A stretch of DNA of 63,888 nt, filler included, from Octopus bimaculoides (Eukaryota): the NCBI RefSeq assembly GCF_001194135.2. It is 4 parts of 4 records of this genome, joined end to end, with 100 filler letters (N's around TTAATTAATTAA, not from the genome) between each part and the next. Parts side by side here need not be neighbours in the genome. Positions count along the whole stretch, not along the records: positions 23,742 to 54,615 come from NC_068996.1; positions 54,716 to 60,429 come from NC_068991.1; 2 more parts are not named here. One strand, written 5' to 3'. The notes beneath the pieces were generated by a model. The model worked only from the letters and a program-made list of their open reading frames with translations, did not search any database and was not told the origin of the DNA. How positions within the stretch are numbered: position 1 is the stretch's first letter; each line of letters starts with the position of its first letter. Both the position numbers and the translations under genes were made by a program. Positions 49,931 through 60,529 of the stretch are shown piece by piece.

Positions 49931-50664
49931 ATGCTCTAAACTCTATCCTGGTACTTATCGTCCGGTTCCTGGTAATTCACGCATTTCTTTTCATTCACAC
50001 TGTTAGTTACAGCACGATCACTTGTTAAGTCGCCTCATTGGTGATGATCATGTTTAGCCGGGGCGATATTGGCACTATATACCGTGGAAACTTCCTTGCT
50101 CAAATTCACAAGCAGCTGTCAATCGGGATATTATCAAAGACATGAAACTAATGGTATCTTGCATTTAAATCTTGTGTATTTTAAATGATATATCTCACTG
50201 GATGGAGTACTATGTTGTTGATCCCACAAATAGTGGAACCGTACACTATGTGTGTGTATGTGTATGTGTGTATGTGTGTATGTGTGTATGCGTGTGTGTC
50301 ATTTAATGTACAGAATTTACAAAAGAGCTACTAATAGTTTCATGCTTTTAAGATTCATTGAGTTGACAGATTTATATAACATGCCCTGTATCTACAAGCA
50401 ATCTTTCGGGTTCAGTTCATATGCTGGATGTATTTTATAAACCAGGACGCTGGACTGTGAGAAAACACGAGGAAAAAAAACTAGACGCAAAAACCCGATT
50501 AAGTTGGCAAAAAGTGGAACGAGAAGAAAGAAAAGAAAAGTAAGAAAACCATAATTAATGAAGCTGGTGCAGTATAATATAAGAGAAAGGACGCCAAAGT
50601 CTGTGAGACAGCTATTCAATCCGGAACAGGTGGCGTCCTCCAGTTCGACAAAAGAAACCTGTCT

Positions 50665-51110
50665 AAGTGCTTACATTAGCTAAGAATTTCGCATCTGGAA
50701 TTAAGTAGTGTGGTGAAATTCTTGGACCTAAAAAGAATGTACGATCTTTCAGCTACACGTAACTGGCATCTCTTTTATCCATTTTTATATGCCGTAGATT
50801 TCTCCATGATTTTTCACTTGATTGTATGTGGTGTGCAGTTGGTCTTCAGATCCCATACATGTGTCTGAAAGAAGACTGGTGCTTTGCATAACTGTTTTTT
50901 TTTTAATTGCCTTTGCATAAACTGATGTAATTTTTCTTCTCAATTATGTTGTCTTGAAACACTGCTGTAACTTCGGCTTCATAAACAACTACATTTATCA
51001 AACACACCTGATCAAGCGGGCAAGATTCAGAGTCTCGACAGTTACAGTTGGGAGTGGGTTCTAGATGTGACTTACGACTGATAATGTTCTTCATACTGGA
51101 GCAGCAACAG
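50665..51110 (-). mobile_element. Penelope-like element remnant (GIY-YIG endonuclease C-terminus)
   Basis: CNCRDSESCPLDQVCL.NVVVYEAEV..KKNYISL, HVWDLK, YKNG*KRCQL.VAER.YIL..LLNSRCEILS*CKH. Confidence 0.75.
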
Positions 51111-52116
51111 TATGAAATTTTATTAAAAATTTTCCTGTATCTGTGTATGTGCGTTTATGTGTGTATGTATGTGCGTATGTATGTACACACAGATACACAC
51201 ATATGTATATATATANNNNNNNNNNNNNNNNNNNNNNNNNNNNNNNNNNNNNNNNNNNNNNNNNNNNNNNNNNNNNNNNNNNNNNNNNNNNNNNNNNNNN
51301 NNNNNNNNNNNNNNNNNNNNNNNNNNNNNNNNNNNNNNNNNNNNNNNNNNNNNNNNNNNNNNNNNNNNNNNNNNNNNNNNNNNNNNNNNNNNNNNNNNNN
51401 NNNNNNNNNNNNNNNNNNNNNNNNNNNNNNNNNNNNNNNNNNNNNNNNNNNNNNNNNNNNNNNNNNNNNNNNNNNNNNNNNNNNNNNNNNNNNNNNNNNN
51501 NNNNNNNNNNNNNNNNNNNNNNNNNNNNNNNNNNNNNNNNCTATATATACATGTAGATGAAGGTATGTACATACATGTACATATATATGCATATACTCAT
51601 ATATTGTTTGTATATATATATATATATACACACATACATATATATACATTCATGCATACACACTCACACACACACATACACATATTCTTTTCCTATCCTT
51701 AGTTATGTTTACATCCAATCTTGTCATCTTTCGTAACCACCACCATCACACCTTCAACACAATCACAACCTCCAATACCACCATCGCCACCACCAAACAC
51801 ACCAACACCAATCAACTCCTTACATTTGACCAGAGAAGTAAGTGGGGAGGAGGCTCGTCTGTAGATCTGAGGAGGATATTTGGTTAGGAAATCAAAACAA
51901 CAGAAAATGACTATGACATCTGAAAAATTCCTGACTGAGACAAGATCATTTTAAAACGAGTCAAAAAGAAAGGGGTAAGCAGGAGGAATCGTGGAGGGAG
52001 AACAACGAATTCCTTTAATCCCATCCACCATAGCAAATGTCATATTTCTTTTAAATGCATTACAAATGTTAAAATCTAGCGCTGGGAATGGAGATGGAAC
52101 TTCTGGCTCTGCGATC

Positions 52117-52124
<8 letters not shown>

Positions 52125-52200
<76 letters not shown>

Positions 52201-52225
52201 CGTCATCGTCGTCGTCGTCGTGGCG
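52125..52225. repeat. (AGT)n(AGC)n(GTC)n trinucleotide repeat
   Basis: Direct runs. Confidence 0.95.
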
Positions 52226-53936
52226 GGGTGGGGAGGCGATAACAACGTCAACGATGATGACGATATCGCATGAGGTAGAAGCATTCGTAGATAGATCTAC
52301 TGAGAATCGTACAAGTTTGTGCGCTTTCGGTCACCCTNNNNNNNNNNNNNNNNNNNNNNNNNNNNNNNNNNNNNNNNNNNNNNNNNNNNNNNNNNNNNNN
52401 NNNNNNNNNNNNNNNNNNNNNNNNNNNNNNNNNNNNNNNNNNNNNNNNNNNNNNNNNNNNNNNNNNNNNNNNNNNNNNNNNNNNNNNNNNNNNNNNNNNN
52501 NNNNNNNNNNNNNNNNNNNNNNNNNNNNNNNNNNNNNNNNNNNNNNNNNNNNNNNNNNNNNNNNNNNNNNNNNNNNNNNNNNNNNNNNNNNNNNNNNNNN
52601 NNNNNNNNNNNNNNNNNNNNNNNNNNNNNNNNNNNNNNNNNNNNNNNNNNNNNNNNNNNNNNNNNNNNNNNNNNNNNNNNNNNNNNNNNNNNNNNNNNNN
52701 NNNNNNNNNNNNNNNNNNNNNNNNNNNNNNNNNNNNNNNNNNNNNNNNNNNNNNNNNNNNNNNNNNNNNNNNNNNNNNNNNNNNNNNNNNNNNNNNNNNN
52801 NNNNNNNNNNNNNNNNNNNNNNNNNNNNNNNNNNNNNNNNNNNNNNNNNNNNNNNNNNNNNNNNNNNNNNNNNNNNNNNNNNNNNNNNNNNNNNNNNNNN
52901 NNNNNNNNNNNNNNNNNNNNNNNNNNNNNNNNNNNNNNNNNNNNNNNNNNNNNNNNNNNNNNNNNNNNNNNNNNNNNNNNNNNNNNNNNNNNNNNNNNNN
53001 NNNNNNNNNNNNNNNNNNNNNNNNNNNNNNNNNNNNNNNNNNNNNNNNNNNNNNNNNNNNNNNNNNNNNNNNNNNNNNNNNNNNNNNNNNNNNNNNNNNN
53101 NNNNNNNNNNNNNNNNNNNNNNNNNNNNNNNNNNNNNNNNNNNNNNNNNNNNNNNNNNNNNNNNNNNNNNNNNNNNNNNNNNNNNNNNNNNNNNNNNNNN
53201 NNNNNNNNNNNNNNNNNTAGAATCCGAACTCTAAAATTGTTACACACATAGATACGCACAGCGTAATTTATTATATAAACAATATATGCGTATAAATTAC
53301 GATTAAACCGGATGAAATATGTCACAGGGAATAACATTTTTATGACCGCCCAGCAGTAACTCTATTCAGCTGAATAGACGTCAGTGATTGGTTGAAATTA
53401 CAGAAATACAACTTTAACATGGAATAACTTGCGATGTACGTTTTTTTGTTAAGAAGACTAAGAGTAAAAGATGTTTTATATGACACATTCTACCAGTGTC
53501 CCAAGTTTCAAAGTGTTTCGTTAGTGTTTTGTTAAGAAAATACTGGTGCCCCCGTTTTGAAATAGATCCAAAAAAACTTCTTCATATCCCTTTTGTGGAC
53601 AATTTTATCAAGAGGTCGCTAAAGAGGCAATAGATTATTTCATTTGATTTAGTAGTATGTGAAAACATGTAAATAGTTACAAACGCGTATGTTTATATGT
53701 GGATGTGTGTGCGTGTGTGCGTGCGCGCGCGCGTACTATATAGAACTGGTCAGTACTAAAAGCAATGCCATCTTAATTCTCTATGGAGAAATAAACTGGA
53801 GGCAGATTTATGCGTGCGGGTGTTTTTAAATGCATTGACTACTTTATCTCTGGCGACAAAAATTTTCTGAGTACACATATGTTTGTGTGTGCGCGTATAC
53901 ACACATACACATACATACATACATACATACATACAT

Positions 53937-53982
<46 letters not shown>

Positions 53983-54401
53983 TCATACACATCACACACA
54001 CACACATATATCTGTATATATATATTAATTTAGCGATACTATTTTTGTACATAGGGTAAATGTGGTTTCTTTGTTGTAGCTTAATTAATAATGTTAGGGT
54101 TTAATTCTTCCTAGAATTAAGATTGAATCAATGTAGTGATATCTAAGGTATGTTTGTTCCCAAACAACACTTATTTTAGTGCTGTTGACACCGCCGGATT
54201 GAATGGTACTGTCCAGGTGTCGAAATCATAGTGATATCCGTGGGACAGCTGATGATGGAGGTGTGTTGGATTGTTGGTATGGTCGTTATTGTATGCGCAG
54301 AATAGTTTTACAAGACATCCATTATATATATATATATATATATAAGTTTATCAATTCGAGAATTGCGTAAGTGGAGCAAGAACACACACGAAAACGAAAA
54401 G

Positions 54402-54446
54402 TGTTGCTGAAGAGGTCACAGATGTGTGACGAAAGATTTCTAGACA
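54402..54446 (+). ncRNA. Minimal type I hammerhead ribozyme candidate
   Basis: tgtt-g CTGAAGA g gtcaca(gatg)tgtgac GAAA ga(tt)tc TA gaca. Core intact, 6-bp stem II, very short stems I and III. Confidence 0.5.
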
Positions 54447-54615
54447 ATGGACATAAGTTAAAATAGTAAAATAAGAACAGTAATAAATGAGTGAAGAAAA
54501 AATTTATAGTGCTTGTGTTTATTTGGCAAAAGAAATTACAACAATATATATTATGTGCTTGTGTGTGTAATGTATTTCGGAATGGTAATTTTATATATAT
54601 ATATATCTATATATA

Positions 54616-54715
54616 NNNNNNNNNNNNNNNNNNNNNNNNNNNNNNNNNNNNNNNNNNNNTTAATTAATTAANNNNNNNNNNNNNNNNNNNNNNNNNNNNN
54701 NNNNNNNNNNNNNNN
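54616..54715. other. Artificial scaffold-joining spacer
   Basis: 44 N + TTAATTAATTAA + 44 N. Confidence 0.95.
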
Positions 54716-54799
54716 TATTTACATACATTCATACATACATACATGCATACATACATACATACATTCATACATACATACATACATATTCATTTTATGTAG

Positions 54800-55108
54800 G
54801 TACCTACAAGAAAGCTTTCGATGGTTGTTTGCAAAAGGGAAAATTGTTGAAGCCGAAAGAGTTGTGAAACGCGCAGCAAAACTTAACGGAGTCCATTTCG
54901 AATCGACATGGACAAAATGTCTGAAATCTAATGAATCTGCCATGGAACTGCATCAATTAGATGAACAGTCCAAACAACTGATTGACAGAACTGCAACAAA
55001 CCCTGAAGACGAAACCAATTTTCATCCTAAAGAAACTGCGCTTGGATTGTGGACCATGATGAAATACAGTAAAACCAGAAATATCACCCTAGTTGTCATG
55101 TTCGCATG
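54800..55108 (+). CDS. SLC22-family (organic cation transporter-like, MFS) internal exon, large cytoplasmic loop
   Basis: Acceptor ttttatgtag (AG 54798-54799) and donor gtaagt at 55109. YLQESFRWLFAKGKIVEAERVVKRAAKLNG resembles the SLC22 PESPRWL..G...EA...L.KAAK.NG motif and ends TLVVMFAW. Confidence 0.85.
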
Positions 55109-55139
55109 GTAAGTCTTCTTCTTCATGATAATAATAACC

Positions 55140-55340
55140 CTTTCTACTGGAAGCACAAGGCCTCAAATTTGGGGGAAGGGGATTAAGTCGATTACATTGA
55201 GTCCAGTGCGTAACTGGTACTTATTTCATTGACCCCGAAATGATAAAAAGCAAAGTCGACCTCGGCGGGATTTGAACTCAAAACGTAAAGACGAACGAAA
55301 TACCGCCAAGCATCTTGTCATGAGTGCTAACGATTCTGCT
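55140..55340 (-). mobile_element. tRNA-derived SINE
   Basis: Same family as 39806-40018. Confidence 0.8.
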
Positions 55341-55611
55341 AATTATTTTATTGTTGTTAAGGTGATGGACAATGGAATGTTTAGCTCGAAAGACACAATG
55401 CAGTATTCTGTTTTTACTTACGATCCCTTATGTTATGAATTCTAGTCCCACTGCAGACATTAGGAAATTACAAAAAGGTGTTCTAATAAGCTACACTGCA
55501 ATACTAGTGAAATACTACACTGCAATACCAGTGAAATAACGGAATCCGAAGCATCGACCTTACTCACTGCCCTTAATATTGCTGGCCTAGTGCCTAAATC
55601 AGAAACTAAGG

Positions 55612-56250
55612 CAGTGAGCTGGAAGTATCAATGGCGCGTCGGAGAAAATGCAAAGCGACATTTCCTCCGGTTCTTTAGTTTCAGTGTTTAAGACCTGCAG
55701 AGGTCAACTTTGCCCAATAAAACAAGTACCAGTTCAGCCCTGGGGTCAATGTAATCTAAAATTACTGGCCATTGTAGCAAAATTTGAAACTATTGTTATT
55801 GTTGTTGAAGCTGTTGTTCTTATTCATGTTCCTGTTATTAATGTTTTTGATAAGGCGTCGAGTTGACAAAATTGTTTGCATGCCGGGCAAAATACTTAGC
55901 AGCATTTCGTTTGTCTTTATGTTCTGAGTTCAAATTCCACCTAGGTCGACTTTGCTTTTCATCCTTTCGGGCTCGATAAATTAAGTTCCAGTCGAGTACT
56001 GGGGTCAATGTAATCGACTGTCCCCTTCCCCAAATTCCAGGCCTTGAGCCGCCTATACTAGAAAGGATTATTATAATCATCATCATCATCATAATTATTA
56101 CTCTTATTTAGGCGGCGAGCTGGCAGAATCATTACCGCTCCGGACAAAATTCCTTCCTGATTTCAAATGTCGCCGATGTCGTCTTTGCTTGTCGTCATTT
56201 TAGGGGTTAATATTATAAGTACTAGCACATGTAATCGACATGCCCGCTGT
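55612..56250 (+). mobile_element. Cluster of three plus-strand SINE copies (55612-55790, 55852-56068, 56109-56250)
   Basis: Heads aggcagtgagctgg, aggcgtcgagttgacaaaa and aggcggcgagctggcagaa, with bodies aggtcgactttgc..ctggggtcaatgtaatc. Confidence 0.75.
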
Positions 56251-57499
56251 TTCAAAATTGCTTGCTTAGTACCAAACTTGGAAACCATTATTAGTTCATC
56301 ATCAATAGCTAAGACACGAACTCTTTTCGAACTTTATCGAAAATTCCGCCGTCCATACACATTTAAGATTGTGACCACAAACAAACTGTTCATTTATGAT
56401 AGAGAGACTTAGACACCGACATGTCTGTGTTGTTAAGAAGATCTATTTGCAACCTCGTGATTCTGCGTAGAGCTTTAAGCAAAATCCTTCTTTTATAATC
56501 TCATGTTGATCAGTTCCTTCTAAGTATATTGTAGTTGGAATCAGGGTAGGTAATATGCACAAGTCTACCTTGTGCTATATTCTTTCCTTTCCGTTCTGTT
56601 CTTTTATCCAGAGTAAGTCACAGCTCTAATCTATTTTTTTATTTTGAATTTCTAATTGAGCACTTTTGCAATTAATGTTTCGCTTTGAATTAAGATGTAA
56701 AGTGTTTGAATGCATTTATGCATGTATAATTATGCATGCATGTACGAGTGCATATATACAAACATGTATATCAACGATTAAGGTAGGCGTCATAACAAGC
56801 AGATGGGCATCGAATGAATGTCTTTGTACTGAATTACAGGCAATCCTTTACCATATTTGTTATTCGCCAACTTAAGAAATGCAGTAAACCTATTATCATA
56901 ATATATAGTTTACAAATTACAATGCAAAATATACTATTAATGATTTTTTTGATAGTGACTTCGAAGTTTTGAAAGTAGTTAGCGTCGAAAGACTAGCGAG
57001 GCCAACAACGGGCAAAATATCAGAGTCACTGCCTTTATGATTAAAAATAAACATATATTGAATCTTTCATTTAATGTTCGCATCTTTTATACTCATAAAG
57101 TTATCATTTAATTAAGCAAAATTCCTTATATTTGGACATGGTAGGTGCAGCATTGTGAAAGGCACAACTAGATGTTGGAGATATATAGCTCTAGTAAAAC
57201 ATTCTTTACATTTACTAAACCCCATCCACACGATCCGGCAGTGTCCTGCGAGCAGGCGTTGGGTGTCTTTTATCAGGCAAACTTGACGCGCAAACCAGCG
57301 GAATGCTCTTGACCGTCGTTGAGCGAAATCACCAGACAATGGCTGCCTACTTGGTGGTTTGCAGCCATATATTATTGCTCTTAGCTGTTCATGCGACACA
57401 CCATGGTCACACTCACCGGCGTTCGACTAAGACTTCCACCAACCTCACTTGATTTCAGAAAGTTAACAGCAATAATATCGTGATAGGTGCATCATTTAT

Positions 57500-57719
57500 C
57501 TTTTACTTATTTCAGTCATTTGACTGTGTACATGCTGGGGCACCGCCTTGAAATTTTAGTCGAATGAATTGCCCCCAGTTCTTATTTTATAAAGCCAGGT
57601 ACTTATTCTATCGATGTCTTTTGCCGAACCGCAAGATTACTTAGACGTAAACACACCAACACCAGTTGTCGAATGGTGGGTGGATGGGGACAAACACGGA
57701 CACACATGCTAATATATAT

Positions 57720-57752
<33 letters not shown>

Positions 57753-57920
57753 TATATATAACGGGCTTTTTCAGTTTCCGTCTATCAAATCTACTCACAA
57801 GATTTTGGTCAGCCCAAGGCTATAATAGAAGACACCTGCTCAAAGTGCCACGCAGTGGGACTGAACCTGGTATCATGTGGATGGGAAGCAAACTTCTTAC
57901 TAAACAGCCATGCTTGCGCC
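57500..57920 (-). mobile_element. tRNA-derived SINE with internal microsatellite
   Basis: Reverse complement of the 15330-15729 family, head and tail both present. Confidence 0.8.
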
Positions 57921-58040
57921 ACAAATACATATAAAACAACATTAGTTATATTTGATAATGTACAACAAAAAACTGACCATTACGTGTAATATCTTTAAGA
58001 AAAAACAAAAGCCAAATATCTTTTTTTTCCTGTGTTTCAG

Positions 58041-58175
58041 GCTCATTACCAGTTTGACATATTTTGGACTCTACTTGACCTCCAGTGGTTTGTCTGGGGA
58101 CCGTCATTTGAATTTCTTCCTCACAGCATCCATGGAACTTCCCTCCGTTTACCTTAACTACAAATTATTCATGCT
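58041..58175 (+). CDS. SLC22-family transporter, next exon (TM7-TM8)
   Basis: Acceptor tgtttcag ends at 58040. It completes the split Trp codon and reads LITSLTYFGLYLTSSGLSGDRHLNFFLTASMELPSVYL (cf. SL.YYGL.L....L.G..YLNF.L...VE.P). The donor is either 58176 (gttcgt) or 58180 (gtaaat). Confidence 0.85.
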
Positions 58176-58241
58176 GTTCGTAAATATTTTATGTTTGATT
58201 CACATACGCATATATATACATGTGCACACGTGAGCGCGCAC

Positions 58242-58280
<39 letters not shown>

Positions 58281-58827
58281 CTGAGAGTGTGTGAGACAGA
58301 GAGAGACGGAGAGACAGATGGAGATACAGATAGACAGATAGACCGGCAGACAGAAAGATATTTGTATTTGTGTGAATGTCTTTAACACACGTGCGTTCTA
58401 AATCTTAATTTAGAAGGTGAATGAAGATTGCATGGTGGAGAAAACATTAACTGGTTCAGAGAATTCTGGTGTCAAATGATCAGGGCACGCTAGAAGCTTT
58501 ATGTGTTATGAGATGTGTACATTAAAGATGTGTACATTAAAGAAGCGGAAAAAGAGTGAAAAGGGGAGAGAGACAGACAGACAGAGAGTTGGGGTAGATA
58601 AATGAAATACTGAAGAGATCATTGAACAGGGGTTGGTGATCGTGAGTACAATAATTTTACAAGTTTTGTTATTATGTATACCCCAGAATAACCTTAGTTC
58701 AGCTGTCTATGATCAAAACAGTTCCAGTTGCTATCATTTTACCTCTTTGTTCCAAACACATTCTATTTTCAACTGTGTTATCAAATATATGCCTTGCTTT
58801 CATCTGAGACAAAAAGATATGATTTCA

Positions 58828-58975
58828 GGCGGCAAACTTGTGGAATTGTTAAAGAATTGGTCGGACTGCCTTTCGCAATCGTTGTTCCAGCTCTATGCGC
58901 CCTGAACTCGAATCCCTCCGAAGTCAACTTTATCATTTGTCCTTTCGAAAATATATGCCAGTCAAACATTGGAGC
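58828..58975 (-). mobile_element. Old diverged SINE copy
   Basis: The minus strand aaagttgacttcggagggattcgagttcag..gtttgccgcc is a decayed version of aaagtcgacctcggcggaatttgaactcag..ctcgccgcc; the SINE strand call is less certain than the identity. Confidence 0.5.
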
Positions 58976-59879
58976 TCNNNNNNNNNNNNNNNNNNNNNNN
59001 NNNNNNNNNNNNNNNNNNNNNNNNNNNNNNNNNNNNNNNNNNNNNNNNNNNNNNNNNNNNNNNNNNNNNNNNNNNNNNNNNNNNNNNNNNNNNNNNNNNN
59101 NNNNNNNNNNNNNNNNNNNNNNNNNNNNNNNNNNNNNNNNNNNNNNNNNNNNNNNNNNNNNNNNNNNNNNNNNNNNNNNNNNNNNNNNNNNNNNNNNNNN
59201 NNNNNNNNNNNNNNNNNNNNNNNNNNNNNNNNNNNNNNNNNNNNNNNNNNNNNNNNNNNNNNNNNNNNNNNNNNNNNNNNNNNNNNNNNNNNNNNNNNNN
59301 NNNNNNNNNNNNNNNNNNNNNNNNNNNNNNNNNNNNNNNNNNNNNNNNNNNNNNNNNNNNNNNNNNNNNNNNNNNNNNNNNNNNNNNNNNNNNNNNNNNN
59401 NNNNNNNNNNNNNNNNNNNNNNNNNNNNNNNNNNNNNNNNNNNNNNNNNNNNNNNNNNNNNNNNNNNNNNNNNNNNNNNNNNNNNNNNNNNNNNNNNNNN
59501 NNNNNNNNNNNNNNNNNNNNNNNNNNNNNNNNNNNNNNNNNNNNNNNNNNNNNNNNNNNNNNNNNNNNNNNNNNNNNNNNNNNNNNNNNNNNNNNNNNNN
59601 NNNNNNNNNNNNNNNNNNNNNNNNNNNNNNNNNNNNNNNNNNNNNNNNNNNNNNNNNNNNNNNNNNNNNNNNNNNNNNNNNNNNNNNNNNNNNNNNNNNN
59701 NNNNNNNNNNNNNNNNNNNNNNNNNNNNNNNNNNNNNNNNNNNNNNNNNNNNNNNNNNNNNNNNNNNNNNNNNNNNNNNNNNNNNNNNNNNNNNNNNNNN
59801 NNNNNNNNNNNNNNNNNNNNNNNNNNNNNNNNNNNNNNNNNNNNNNNNNNNNNNNNNNNNNNNNNNNNNNNNNNNNNNN

Positions 59880-59956
<77 letters not shown>

Positions 59957-60429
59957 TTCAATGCAAACACAAGAATGATGGACCAGAAGAGCTTTCTAAA
60001 AAGAGATTGTATGAAGTGACAGCAAAACGCAGAAATGTTAACTTGATCGCATACTTATCTTACTGTTTATGCTTTTATCTTGAATATTCAAGACGATCTT
60101 GTAAACAGAGAGAGAGAGAGAGACAGACAGACAAGGGAAAGGCAAGTCATCTGATTTATGCAATTTTTTCTGTTTTGGTGTTTAGCTCTCTATGCATCGT
60201 CAAGTGGTTGAAGATCAAATTACACTGACATAAGGTCAGATATATTTGAATAGTCCAAAACATTCGAGGCCAAGTCTATTAAGTATCAGTGAATTTATTT
60301 AGCGAATTCTTTAAATTACCACGTTACCATTCATACATCTAGAAGGTGTCATCAAATGCAGTTTTTGGTGTTGTCATCATTGAAAAGAAGATATCAACTG
60401 AACAGAAGTTAAATATATTAAATAATATT

Positions 60430-60529
60430 NNNNNNNNNNNNNNNNNNNNNNNNNNNNNNNNNNNNNNNNNNNNTTAATTAATTAANNNNNNNNNNNNNNN
60501 NNNNNNNNNNNNNNNNNNNNNNNNNNNNN
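60430..60529. other. Artificial scaffold-joining spacer
   Basis: 44 N + TTAATTAATTAA + 44 N. Confidence 0.95.

Noticed and set aside
54215-54265. GAAA..stem..TA..CTGATGA resembling a type II hammerhead
   Set aside because: Stem I does not close onto the core (extra cag) and no stem II partner is evident.
58728-58977. ORF segment RRQTCGIVKELVG as a third SLC22 exon
   Set aside because: It lacks the expected GRR/TM pattern and is better explained as a decayed SINE.
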